Below, one piece after another: positions 26,968-36,365 of a stretch of DNA of 64,000 nt (position 1 is its first letter; each line of letters begins with the position of its first letter). The notes beneath the pieces are model-generated. The model worked only from the letters and a program-made list of their open reading frames with translations. It was not told the DNA's origin and did no database searches. The DNA lies in IMG/VR virus record IMGVR_UViG_3300036853_000446, positions 343,635 through 407,634 of that record; one strand, written 5' to 3'. A program made the position numbers and the translations under genes.

Positions 26968-28583
26968 TCCAACCCGCCCTCGAGTAGCCGCGTCGTATTG
27001 CTGCTCTTCTTGGTGCTCGCGTAGCGTGCCCGCAACCCGTCACGAGAATCCTCATCGTAACCGACCCAGTTGATGACCTCGCGCACCTCGGTGTCCATCG
27101 TCTTGAGGATCCGGGGCTTCGTGCGCAGCTCCCTCTCGAAGATCTCATAGTCGAGCCGAGGCTTCTTGCGGACAAACGACTGGCGAAGCGCGGCCTCGAC
27201 CGCCTGTGCCATCTCCCTCGGGACCATGTTCTCCGAAGCCTCGGCCAGCCGTCGGAGGTTGAATTCGGAGATCTGCCCTTCGCTGAGATTGCCGAGCGTG
27301 CTCAGATGGATCTTGAGGATGTCAACCCGATCGTCCTCCGAGGGCAAGTCGAAGAAGAATCGCTCGCTGATTCGATTCGTAAACTCGACGGGCAGCGTCT
27401 TCAACGAGTTGGCGGTCAATGCCAAACAGACCTCGGCGCTCGTCTCCTGATGCCACGTGGACAGGATGCCGAGCGAACGCGCCGTCGTGCCCGCATCCGA
27501 GAATGAACTCGAGTGGGCCCCGCTGAACGACTTCTCCGCCTCGTCGACCATCGCGATGCAAGGCGACATGGCCTCGAGATAGCGGGTGACACGATACGTA
27601 TTGGCTTCGGTGTTGCCGACGCCAGAGTCACGAAGTTTGCCGAGTTCGAGCTGGATGAGCTGCACCCCCCAAGCTCGACTCAATGCCTTGACGGAGAGGG
27701 ATTTGCCGCAGCCCCAGACGCCGATACACAGCACACCCTTCGGCGGTCGAAGACCGAATGCCTTGCCCGCCGCCGTCCACGAGTGCCGAGTCTCCTCAGC
27801 CCAAGCCTTGAAGCGATCGACACCCCCGACGCGCTCGAAGCTCTCCTCAGAGGTATCGATCAGCTTGAGCAAGTCGGTCTTTCGGATCCGCTCGCGCTTG
27901 TACTGGAGGATGCACTCCTTCGTGACGATGCCCCGCTTCTCGGGGTCAGGATCGTTCTTGGTAATGCCGATCGACTGCCCCGCGGCGCTCGTGACCTGAT
28001 AGGCGGTGAGGCCGCTAAACCACGTGTGAGCGTCCGCTGGCAGGGTACTTCTGACATTTTCGGAGAGTCCGTCGAGGACCTCCTGGATCTCTTCCCCGGT
28101 CAAGAGGTCGTCTCGAATGACGTGGACGTAGCTCGCGAGCTTTGGCGGGATCACGAGCGACGCCCCGATGAAATAGATGCACTTGACGATCTTGAGGTTG
28201 CTGTTGACCTGGTGAATGATGTTGAGGATGCGCCGCACGACGTCATCGTTCTGCAGGAACCGCTCGGGGTCTGTGATCAGGTAATAGTGCACGCGATCCT
28301 GCGTGTCCTCCATGAAGATTGACTCCAGGACCTTGATGATATTCGCGTGGTGCTCATCACGAGCGAGCGAGCGTTGCTTCAGGTTGACCTGATACTGCTC
28401 GACCGGGATGAGACCGAACGCCGCGTTGAACACCTTGACGGAAACGCTGGGGGCCCCCTTCTTGGAGGCCTTTCTCTTGACGAACGAGTTGGCGATCGAG
28501 TTGATGACCCTGTCCTCTTCTTCGGTCACGACGTAGTTGACATACGTCATGCACTTCAAGTTTCGCTTCAAATCAGGATGCAT
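26964..28583 (-). CDS. Ycf46-like AAA+ ATPase
   Basis: Degenerate N-terminal AAA domain; C-terminal GVLCIGVWGCGKS, VDEAEK, TANS, FFFDLPS. Confidence 0.85.
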   Translation of the reverse strand: MHPDLKRNLKCMTYVNYVVTEEEDRVINSIANSFVKRKASKKGAPSVSVKVFNAAFGLIPVEQYQVNLKQRSLARDEHHANIIKVLESIFMEDTQDRVHYYLITDPERFLQNDDVVRRILNIIHQVNSNLKIVKCIYFIGASLVIPPKLASYVHVIRDDLLTGEEIQEVLDGLSENVRSTLPADAHTWFSGLTAYQVTSAAGQSIGITKNDPDPEKRGIVTKECILQYKRERIRKTDLLKLIDTSEESFERVGGVDRFKAWAEETRHSWTAAGKAFGLRPPKGVLCIGVWGCGKSLSVKALSRAWGVQLIQLELGKLRDSGVGNTEANTYRVTRYLEAMSPCIAMVDEAEKSFSGAHSSSFSDAGTTARSLGILSTWHQETSAEVCLALTANSLKTLPVEFTNRISERFFFDLPSEDDRVDILKIHLSTLGNLSEGQISEFNLRRLAEASENMVPREMAQAVEAALRQSFVRKKPRLDYEIFERELRTKPRILKTMDTEVREVINWVGYDEDSRDGLRARYASTKKSSNTTRLLEGGLE

Positions 28584-28592
28584 GGGGTCCGA

Positions 28593-28599
28593 TACACCG
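28593..28599 (-). promoter_or_regulatory. CGGTGTA motif, 9 nt before AAA ATPase start
   Basis: Exact heptamer, intergenic. Confidence 0.6.
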
Positions 28600-28606
28600 C
28601 ACGTTC

Positions 28607-28642
28607 GTTTGTTCCAGCGTTTGTTTCAGCGTTTGCTTCAGG
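28607..28642. repeat. three imperfect 12-bp intergenic direct repeats
   Basis: GTTTGTTCCAGC / GTTTGTTTCAGC / GTTTGCTTCAGG. Confidence 0.65.
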
Positions 28643-28964
28643 CGACCGCGACGTTTGCCGTGAGGCGAATCGTTCCATCCCCGAGAACGGTTCGCTCTTC
28701 GAGGTAGCCTCCATCTGCGATACGGTTCATCCAAAGGGCCTCGCTGTAAGCAACGCCGAAGGCGAGGACGGCATCCTTCGAATGAAGATCGGAATCCCCG
28801 ACGAAGGCACCCGTCGTCATGTTGAGCGAGGCTCCGAATAACGGACCGCCGTCAAAGGCCACACGGCTACCGCTGATCTTGTAGAGCCATTCCCTGTCGT
28901 TGCAGACCTTCTCGATGGCGGCCTGGTTGGTGATCTCGGTCTTGATCGTTATCTTGTGTGACAT
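28638..28964 (-). CDS. DUF1257 (Ycf35)-like protein
   Basis: MSHKITIKTEITNQAAIEK N-terminus typical of the family; adjacent to the Ycf46-like ATPase. Confidence 0.65.
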   Translation of the reverse strand: MSHKITIKTEITNQAAIEKVCNDREWLYKISGSRVAFDGGPLFGASLNMTTGAFVGDSDLHSKDAVLAFGVAYSEALWMNRIADGGYLEERTVLGDGTIRLTANVAVA

Positions 28965-28983
28965 CTCATTCTCCTCGGACCCG

Positions 28984-29169
28984 TCAGACGGATCCTTCAC
29001 TCATGTTCTCGTGAACCTCGTCGCAATCGGGGCCCGTGCGCTCGTCAGCCTCGATCGACATGCCCTGCACGAGGTGGTGCGAGACTTTGGTGCAGTGCTC
29101 GCCGTGCTCGCGGTCCAGGACCTCGTAAACCACTTTCCCGTCCGGCCTGATGTCGACTTGAATTCTCAT
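28984..29169 (-). CDS. DUF2997-like protein
   Basis: IQVDIRPDGKVVYEV...GEHC pattern; gene context. Confidence 0.7.
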   Translation of the reverse strand: MRIQVDIRPDGKVVYEVLDREHGEHCTKVSHHLVQGMSIEADERTGPDCDEVHENMSEGSV

Positions 29170-29213
29170 TTTATATCGCTTCCCTTCAGGTGACCTGCCA
29201 AGCCCTTACACCG

Positions 29214-29882
29214 TCACGCCGTAAACTTGATTCTCGCGCCAACCTTCACGATGGGTGGGCCCACTTCCAAGGGCGTCGAGCTTGGCACTGGCGGAGCAAT
29301 CCAGCGGTCGACGGGCTTTGGCGGGGCAGCACTGCCAGAGTCGAGAACGAGGCCCTGTGAAAAGGGCGTGTTCAGCGGCGCCCGGGACACTGGAGGGGAC
29401 CCTGACGGCGCTGGCACTGGCGATCTGGCTTCTGGCGTCCGGGCCACTTGGGCTTCTGGCGAGGCGCCCACCGATTCGGCCATTGACTCGGCCACGGATT
29501 CTGCCGTGGGTTCATTCGACGGCGGCGTTGGCGCCCTTGGACCCCGAACCGTCCGGGGCTTCACGGGCGCTTCCGATTCATCTTGGAACGCCCGCGGATC
29601 CATCCACTCGGACTTTCCGTCGACCTCCGGGATTCGGCCCGTGTTGATCTCGATGAACCGCTTCGCCGAGATGAGCGAATACAGAGGGTCATCTTTAGAC
29701 ATGCGCGCGGGGTTTTCAAAAAGGCGCTCCTCCCATGTCGCCACGCGCGTCTCGAACAAGCCACCGGCACGACTCCGCGAGCACTCGGGCTGGACGCACC
29801 GCACACAGAACGTGGCCTGAAACTCGGTCAATGGCACGCCATGGTCGTTGCAGACCGCGAGGTAATCGCGTCGCTCAGCCAT
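29214..29882 (-). CDS. hypothetical protein, Cys-containing N-domain and Pro-rich tail
   Basis: FCVRCVQPECSRS; P/A/E-rich C-terminus. Confidence 0.6.
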   Translation of the reverse strand: MAERRDYLAVCNDHGVPLTEFQATFCVRCVQPECSRSRAGGLFETRVATWEERLFENPARMSKDDPLYSLISAKRFIEINTGRIPEVDGKSEWMDPRAFQDESEAPVKPRTVRGPRAPTPPSNEPTAESVAESMAESVGASPEAQVARTPEARSPVPAPSGSPPVSRAPLNTPFSQGLVLDSGSAAPPKPVDRWIAPPVPSSTPLEVGPPIVKVGARIKFTA

Positions 29883-32800
29883 TCAATACCTCTTCTCTCT
29901 CGACCCACGAATCCAGTAGGTCGAGCCGCCGCAAGTTGATCTCGAGTTCCTGTACGTGCACGCGGTACCCCTCTTGAGCCGAATATAAAAGGACTCGATC
30001 GGGGCCCCCCGCGAGGAATTCGATGACCATCTCCTTTTCCGGCTGATCGAGTCGAATGCCTTCGATCTTGGCCGCCGCGAGTGCCCCGGCCACCGCAATG
30101 GCGTTTTTCTTGGTGACGTGAAATGGCCTGAGTTTGAAGGAAGCGATCTTCGTAGTGGTCCGATGCCTTGGAGATCCGTTGCCGTTCGCCGGTGATAAAG
30201 CCGTCGGCAACGCTGGAGGCTCCGTCTTTATCGCCACGGTCTCGAGTGCCACGGTCTCGAGTGCCACGGTCTCGAGTGCCACGGTCTCGAGTGCTACGGT
30301 CTCGAGTGCTACGGTCTCGAGTGCTACCGTGTCCGGCGCCGTATCTACCACCGCCCCTGCCACCAGCTCCGGCTTCGGAGCAAGGGTCGCCACCGGTGAA
30401 GCGGGGACGACGGAGAGATGCCTCGAGGGCGGCAGCGAAGCCGTCACACCTCCGAGCACCAGAACCTCTGGATGGGGATTGATCTCGACGCCCTCGAGAT
30501 ACGCCGGGCGCGGCGTGGTGCCTTTGAGGATGGCCGACCACGAGATCTTGGCAGCCCACGAGGGTCCGATCTCGGCTTCGGCGATGAGCGGGACTCTCCA
30601 CTCCTTCATTACCGACGGGTGTTCCATGATCTTGACGATGATGGGCACCGCCTCCCCGACGCGCTCCTCGCGGATCTCGAACACGATTTCATCGTGCACG
30701 GTCATGAGAATGCGCACACTGTCGTCACCGCCGTTCTTGAGCCATCCCCGCAGATCCAATTCACGCAGAAGCCGGACGAGGCTGATCTTCAGGATGTCCG
30801 CCCCAGATCCCTGGATCGGAAAATTGATCGCCTTTCGCTCGCAAGCAGCCCGAATCTTACTAGCCTCCTGCGCAGCCTCAGGCTCGGGCAAAGGCTCCTT
30901 ATTTGTTGCTCGGCGATTGCGCTGGATCTGGTCTCGGTCAATGCTTGCGTCAGGAATCGCAATGAAGCGTCCGAACGCCGTGTAGATGCCGAGCTTATTC
31001 TTGACAGACTCCTTCTGCCCCCTCACCCACTTTGCGAACTGAGGCACCGAAGAGTCAAACGCCGCCTTCAAGCGCGCCCCCTCGACCTTGTCACAACCAG
31101 TGGCCCGCTGGACGGCATCGACTCCCCCTCCATATATAAGCGCGAAATTTGCCGTTTTACCGGCGTTTCTTCGGATTTTGTAGTCCGGAGAGCCCTTCGT
31201 CAGTCCGGGGAAGAATGCCTGGGCCGTCAGAAAGTGCAGGTCAGCAGACTCTCCGGTCTGAGTCTCCTTCTCGTACTCGGCGATCCATTTCTGTTCGCCG
31301 GACATCGAAGCCGCGATGCGCAGCTCTTGCGAGGCGTAATCGACCTTGACCATCACGTACTTCGGTCGAGCGATGAACATCCTTCTCAGGCTGTGTGCGA
31401 CCTTCGGCTTCTTCGGGTCGTCGCGTGCCGGGATCCCTTGAATGGGAATGCCGGCGTAACCCTGATCTGGAGCGCCACTCGGCGCCGTGAACCTGCCCGT
31501 TGCAGCGCCCGTCGGTTTGAAGTTTAGGCGTAACTGATCCAATAGGTCCGTGTTGTTGGCCAGGTTCTGCAGGTACGTGCCGCGGACCTTGTTGATTCGC
31601 CGGTGTTTGAGGACCAGGGTGAAGACCTCCGGCGCTCCCACTTCCTTCGTGTATTCTTCGATTGTCTTCTCGTCGGTTTTGAACTGGCCTTCCTTTGTCT
31701 TCTCGGGCTTGTCGCCTTTCCAGACGCCCTTCGGGCCGAACAAGAAATCCGCGAGTTGAGCCGATGAAGACGGGTTGAATTCCTTGGGGAAGCCGAGACC
31801 CACGGCCTGATTTCGAATGACCTTTTCGGTTGCGACGAGTTCCTCGTCCGCCTCCTCGAGCAGGCTGGCAATCTCGCCCTTGTTAATGAGAACGCGCGTG
31901 CGCTCGATGATGCGGACGACCTGCACAACCTGCTTTTCAAGGGTGTAAAATTTCAGGAACGGATTCCTTTCCCTGACCTTAGGCCCCAGGAGCTTGCACA
32001 GCAGGTTGGTGCAAATGCCGTCCGAGCATCCGTAAAGAACGACATTGTGACCCTCGCCATCCTCTCGAGGGATCAGCTCCTCGAGCTTGCGATCGCGCTT
32101 CTTCATCCCTCGAGCAAAGAGTTTCGCGAACTCGATCATCTCGTAGGCGTGGGAGTTCCCAGTCTCCGGATCAACGATGGGCGGCAACCGGAGCCGTGCA
32201 TTTTCCTTCAGATTCTGTTCCGCGTCGGAATCGAGCGCGTAGACCATCAACATGCCGTCCTCGAACGAGAACGGATTCCAGATGTCGATGCCCGTGATCG
32301 GGTACAGCATTTCTTGGTCGAACTTGGCGTGCCAGAATTCGATGATGACGCGCGGCGGCGTCTCGAAATCCTCCTCCTTCGCTCCGAGGATGTCTCGGAA
32401 ACCCTCTTTCAAGACGGGTTGAGCCGCCAGGCAGAGGCGCGTGATCTCGGACTCCGCCTGCTCGACCGAGTCGATGTTGACGAGGCCCTCATGCACGTTG
32501 CCCTTGTGGCGCACGGGGATGTAATAACCCTCGCCTTCGAGGCCGATGCAGTAGCCGATGATGCTATGTTGCGTGTAAGGGCTCCCGTCGAGGCGGTACT
32601 CGATCCGCGTGTCGAGGCCCTGCGTCTCGGTGTCGAGTGCGACGTGGCCAACCTGGATGGCGCGGTCAACCAGTTCGCGAACCTTGTCCGCGGACCTGAC
32701 CAACTCCATCCGATGGAATTTCATCCACCCCTTGGTGAGGGGCACCTCCTCGCTCATGAGCTTCAGGTCGTCGAGGGCTGCGTCGTTGCCCTTCGACATT

Positions 32801-32928
32801 GGCCTGAGCGCAAGGGCCGTTGCGGGCCCCATTCTCTTCTCAATCACCGCGTCAACGGTGACGCTTCCGTCAAGTTGACCGACCACATCCTCCAGGCCGG
32901 GATCCGTGTCATTCGTCATGCGGTTCAA
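29875..32928 (-). CDS. polA: family A DNA polymerase with 3'-5' exonuclease, no recognisable 5'-3' nuclease domain
   Basis: ALDTET (ExoI), DYASQELR (motif A), RNAGKTANFALIYG (motif B), VHDEIV (motif C). Confidence 0.95.
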   Translation of the reverse strand: MNRMTNDTDPGLEDVVGQLDGSVTVDAVIEKRMGPATALALRPMSKGNDAALDDLKLMSEEVPLTKGWMKFHRMELVRSADKVRELVDRAIQVGHVALDTETQGLDTRIEYRLDGSPYTQHSIIGYCIGLEGEGYYIPVRHKGNVHEGLVNIDSVEQAESEITRLCLAAQPVLKEGFRDILGAKEEDFETPPRVIIEFWHAKFDQEMLYPITGIDIWNPFSFEDGMLMVYALDSDAEQNLKENARLRLPPIVDPETGNSHAYEMIEFAKLFARGMKKRDRKLEELIPREDGEGHNVVLYGCSDGICTNLLCKLLGPKVRERNPFLKFYTLEKQVVQVVRIIERTRVLINKGEIASLLEEADEELVATEKVIRNQAVGLGFPKEFNPSSSAQLADFLFGPKGVWKGDKPEKTKEGQFKTDEKTIEEYTKEVGAPEVFTLVLKHRRINKVRGTYLQNLANNTDLLDQLRLNFKPTGAATGRFTAPSGAPDQGYAGIPIQGIPARDDPKKPKVAHSLRRMFIARPKYVMVKVDYASQELRIAASMSGEQKWIAEYEKETQTGESADLHFLTAQAFFPGLTKGSPDYKIRRNAGKTANFALIYGGGVDAVQRATGCDKVEGARLKAAFDSSVPQFAKWVRGQKESVKNKLGIYTAFGRFIAIPDASIDRDQIQRNRRATNKEPLPEPEAAQEASKIRAACERKAINFPIQGSGADILKISLVRLLRELDLRGWLKNGGDDSVRILMTVHDEIVFEIREERVGEAVPIIVKIMEHPSVMKEWRVPLIAEAEIGPSWAAKISWSAILKGTTPRPAYLEGVEINPHPEVLVLGGVTASLPPSRHLSVVPASPVATLAPKPELVAGAVVDTAPDTVALETVALETVALETVALETVALETVALETVAIKTEPPALPTALSPANGNGSPRHRTTTKIASFKLRPFHVTKKNAIAVAGALAAAKIEGIRLDQPEKEMVIEFLAGGPDRVLLYSAQEGYRVHVQELEINLRRLDLLDSWVEREEVLNG
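30236..30325. repeat. 15-bp coding VNTR x6 (TVALE) in polA
   Basis: acggtctcgagtgc(c/t) x6. Confidence 0.95.
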
Positions 32929-33356
32929 TCATCGAAGACCGCGATGACATACACCTGTTCCTTCCAAAGAAAGACGAGGTCACCCGCCAATCTCTTGGCG
33001 GCTGCCGTCAAGCCATCGAAGCCTGCGGGCTCGTAACACCAGGGCAGCTTCAATGATCCAACCCGACAAACGCGCGGCTGATACAACGGGCATATGCGCT
33101 GCTTGTCGCATTTCTCGCTCGGCAGCTTTTGCAGGGCCCCCTCGGTAGAAATCCCGAGAGCGGCGACGAACGGCGACGAATATCCGTTCAACAGATGATC
33201 GTACGCGCTCCGGGGGACTCTGCTGATCAAGCCCCCCAACAGCGTCGTCCGCAGCTCTTCCCAACCCACCTCCCACGTACCGTCAGAAGTCTCGGTGATT
33301 GCATGGATCTCGAGACGCCCCTTCTCTCGGGTGGGGACACTTATCCGTCGAGACAC
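32925..33356 (-). CDS. hypothetical protein
   Basis: Cys-containing ORF (CDKQRICPLY...C...PWCY) coupled to polA. Confidence 0.55.
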   Translation of the reverse strand: MSRRISVPTREKGRLEIHAITETSDGTWEVGWEELRTTLLGGLISRVPRSAYDHLLNGYSSPFVAALGISTEGALQKLPSEKCDKQRICPLYQPRVCRVGSLKLPWCYEPAGFDGLTAAAKRLAGDLVFLWKEQVYVIAVFDD

Positions 33357-33949
33357 GCGGTTGTCTTCATATGAATGCGGTCGAGCAACGCCTGCAGCAC
33401 GTGAACGCCCCGCTCGGGGGTCCACAGGTCATTGCCGACTCTGAATTTGACTCGATCCAGAATGCTGCCGGCGTTCAAATATCCCCGCATATCGCCCTGC
33501 GTCCTGTAGGCCGACTTACTAGCGAGGAGCCGCCCCTCACACGCGAGGTATACCCTCTCGAACCGTTCTCCCTCCGTGTCGACCTTGGGAGCAGCGTCCC
33601 ACACTCCCTCGGGAATCTCGGGCGTCTCGAGATTGTACTCGCGCTCCAGCCGGGACACCGCCTGACCGAACGTGAGGTTGTTGAACTTCTTCCAGAGGCC
33701 TATCGCGTCCCAACCGGTCTCTTGGCACACGAAGCACCAGACATGGCTCGGGCTCGTGTCACGCGCTGGGTAGATGCGCGCCGATGGCTTCTTGTCCTCT
33801 CCGTGAAACGGGCAGGAGAACTGTTCCTCCCTGTCTTCGCCCGCCTGCGTGAGACTGAGCCCGTTCCGGCGCACGACGTCGTATGCCGTCACCTGCTCGT
33901 GAATGGCGGCAACGCGCTGCCGGTACCACTCCTTCTGGACGTCATTCAT
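33341..33949 (-). CDS. stand-alone DnaG-type CHC2 zinc-binding domain protein
   Basis: CPFHGEDKKPS...WCFVC...GWDAIGLW...FGQAVSRL; no TOPRIM domain follows. Confidence 0.82.
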   Translation of the reverse strand: MNDVQKEWYRQRVAAIHEQVTAYDVVRRNGLSLTQAGEDREEQFSCPFHGEDKKPSARIYPARDTSPSHVWCFVCQETGWDAIGLWKKFNNLTFGQAVSRLEREYNLETPEIPEGVWDAAPKVDTEGERFERVYLACEGRLLASKSAYRTQGDMRGYLNAGSILDRVKFRVGNDLWTPERGVHVLQALLDRIHMKTTACLDG

Positions 33950-35403
33950 ACTATGCGGTCCAGAATGTTTGACGTGAGGTCGTCCGGTCCGGACGTCATG
34001 TCTTCACCCATCTGGACGACGCGCGTGAGGCGTCGGGTGGCGAAATCGATGCCGATGATCATTGGCAAAAATAGAGGGTTGTCACGGTTCTTGAGGTTGC
34101 AGTAGCGCGCGCGCCCCTCCCTTCTGAGCTGGTCGTCCAAGTATGACGTCGTCACGACGTCCGCCGACCGCTCCGCTTCGTTCGCTGAGGCCAAAGCCCT
34201 GAGCTTGTATCGCCCGTCGTTCTTGTCAGCGTCGTCCTTTCCCTGTCGGTTAATCTGAAAGAGAAGGAGCAGCGCGATCCCAACCCCTTGGTTGAACTGA
34301 AGCGCGAGCTTCTTCGCGTCTCGAATGACCGAGTTGAGCCCGATATTGAAGTCTTTGAACTTGTCCGCTGGCGTGACGATTCCGCCGTGATCGATGACGA
34401 TGAACCCCAGGTCGACCTCCCGCCCATGGGCCTCGGCAGCCGCCTTGATGTCGTTGACGGTGACGTCGTGGTCGGGGGTCCAGACCTCAAAATGAGCGTA
34501 GTCTTCGTTCGTGTAGAAATCATCGAGGACGACTTTGTAAAACGTCGCCTCCTGATCCGTCAGCGCTCCATCGCGCACGTTGCGATATTCGAGCGTGAGG
34601 TTGTATCCGCGTTCCGCCCATTTATGGTGGGTCGAATGCATGACGCAAACGATGTTACGAATCTGGATGAGAGGCATCTCGAGCGACACGAAGAAGACGC
34701 TCGTCTTGTAACGTGTCACGAGCTGATAACACCAGTTCAGCCCCGTAACGGTTTTCAACTCCCCGCTGTACGCGGCGTGAACCCACAACTCACCGACTTT
34801 GGCTCCTTTGCAGACCGCGTCGATCTCGTCGATGCCGAAGAGTTTGCCCACCGCCTGCTCGGGAGCGGCATGCGCCTTCTGGTAGTCGAGCCACGCCTCT
34901 GGCGCTTCCTGTCGTAGGTTCGCGCGCGTCTTGACGCTCGACTGTTCGACGAGCAGCTCTGCGGCCTTTCGTTGAAAATAGAGGACAGCCTCTTTGACGC
35001 CTTCGAGGCGCTGCTTCTCCTTCCCTTCTCCGACGACGAGGCCTTTTTGCGCGATCTCTTGGGTATCCTTCAAGACGGCAGAGAGACTTGCGCGATGCTG
35101 GTCCTCGAGCACCGTCCGCAAGACATGCGAATAGTTGGCGCCTTCATAGGCCATCGCGGCGGCGATGTCCTTGAGACGTTCGACCGTCTCGATATCGTCA
35201 ATCTTGCTAAAGAACTCGACGAGGACCTTGGCTGAAGGCAGGTCCAGCTCTGCAGCGTGAAAATCCTTTACGTATTTGAAGATCTTTCGGTCGGTGGATT
35301 GGATCCAGCTGACCTTGGATGTCCTCAGCTTGTTGTAATTGGCGACGAGCCCCTCCCGCGAGAGACCACCCCAATCTATGACGCCACGGAGCAGTCGTTT
35401 CAT
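33946..35403 (-). CDS. dnaB: DnaB-like replicative helicase
   Basis: AAYSGELKT (variant Walker A), FVSLEM, IVIDH, QINR, EAERSADVV, KNRD. Confidence 0.85.
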   Translation of the reverse strand: MKRLLRGVIDWGGLSREGLVANYNKLRTSKVSWIQSTDRKIFKYVKDFHAAELDLPSAKVLVEFFSKIDDIETVERLKDIAAAMAYEGANYSHVLRTVLEDQHRASLSAVLKDTQEIAQKGLVVGEGKEKQRLEGVKEAVLYFQRKAAELLVEQSSVKTRANLRQEAPEAWLDYQKAHAAPEQAVGKLFGIDEIDAVCKGAKVGELWVHAAYSGELKTVTGLNWCYQLVTRYKTSVFFVSLEMPLIQIRNIVCVMHSTHHKWAERGYNLTLEYRNVRDGALTDQEATFYKVVLDDFYTNEDYAHFEVWTPDHDVTVNDIKAAAEAHGREVDLGFIVIDHGGIVTPADKFKDFNIGLNSVIRDAKKLALQFNQGVGIALLLLFQINRQGKDDADKNDGRYKLRALASANEAERSADVVTTSYLDDQLRREGRARYCNLKNRDNPLFLPMIIGIDFATRRLTRVVQMGEDMTSGPDDLTSNILDRIV

Positions 35404-35407
35404 GGGT

Positions 35408-36349
35408 TCATCGGCGATTCTTTGACTTTTGGTACCGGGACTTCGACTTTGGCGTGTCTATCGTGGGGACCCAGCCCCGCGCGGCAGTCTTCGGCTCACC
35501 ATCGTCAGATGCCTCTGACTCGTCAGATTCGGGGCCTTCCGCCGTGGCATCCTCCGCCGCGGTGTCTTCCGGAGCGGTGTCTTCCGGTCCGGGGACGGTC
35601 ACGCCATCCTCGTCTTCGTAGTACCCCGGCTCGACGGCTTCGAACGCAAAAAGGTGCATCTCCTCGAACGCAGACTCGACGAGCCGGACGACGTTGTCGT
35701 CACACGAGGCCATGTTGAGTGGCGCGAAAGTCTGATCGGGCGGCTCGACCAACCACGTCGCCTTGCCGAGGCCCAGGCGGAGCGATATGGCCTCCCGAAG
35801 GACATCGGCGGCGGCGCGGTTCGCATAGATGACGTGCCCGAGACGAATGACGACGAGGTCTGGACTCGAAAGCAGGTCCTCTAGCGAATTGCTGATCAAC
35901 AGCTCCCCGTCTTCCGACCGTTGTGAGGCCAAGCGGTTCTTGACGCTGGCCTTACCGAGGTAGACGTTCAGCAGCGTCATGTCCGTGACGATTCTCACGA
36001 AGAATCCGGGTTTCTTACTGCCGATGACCCACTTGAAATGGCCGAGGAACGTCCTCCAGTTCACCTGCCGGATGAACAGATCGTCCGTCGTCCGATCGAC
36101 ACCCCCGGTCGTTTGATAGAGTGGCGTCGACGCATAGTGCCGCACCTTCAAGAGTTGCGGGTCGATCCCCAACAGGCGTTGTCTCAACGAGATGACGCGC
36201 ATATTGGGGCAATCGACAGAAACCAGCTCTTCGCCGCGATGCATCAGAATTGCGCCGCCCGACGGGTATTTCAGCGTGTTTCTGCAGCCAGGCACCGGGG
36301 CCATCTTGCAGACCTTGCAAGTCTGCGGCGGATCGGAATCTGAGGGCAC
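35408..36349 (-). CDS. hypothetical protein, possible degenerate DnaC/IstB-like loader
   Basis: N-terminal CxxC; LEDLLSSPDLVVIRLG resembles a Walker-B region; lies directly upstream of dnaB. Confidence 0.45.
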   Translation of the reverse strand: MPSDSDPPQTCKVCKMAPVPGCRNTLKYPSGGAILMHRGEELVSVDCPNMRVISLRQRLLGIDPQLLKVRHYASTPLYQTTGGVDRTTDDLFIRQVNWRTFLGHFKWVIGSKKPGFFVRIVTDMTLLNVYLGKASVKNRLASQRSEDGELLISNSLEDLLSSPDLVVIRLGHVIYANRAAADVLREAISLRLGLGKATWLVEPPDQTFAPLNMASCDDNVVRLVESAFEEMHLFAFEAVEPGYYEDEDGVTVPGPEDTAPEDTAAEDATAEGPESDESEASDDGEPKTAARGWVPTIDTPKSKSRYQKSKNRR

Positions 36350-36358
36350 ACCACCCAA

Positions 36359-36365
36359 TACACCG
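36359..36365 (-). promoter_or_regulatory. CGGTGTA motif, 9 nt before GTG 36349
   Basis: Exact heptamer directly after the SNF2 stop. Confidence 0.55.

Noticed and set aside
30236-30325. Regular short repeats suggesting a CRISPR array or iterons
   Set aside because: No spacers; they are in-frame coding VNTRs. The same applies to the repeats at about 4.45-4.75 kb, 16.5 kb, 18.8 kb, 42.1 kb and 44.4 kb.
29875-35403. Inteins or introns in polA or dnaB
   Set aside because: No C/S...HN splice junctions or LAGLIDADG blocks were seen, and core motifs are at normal spacing.
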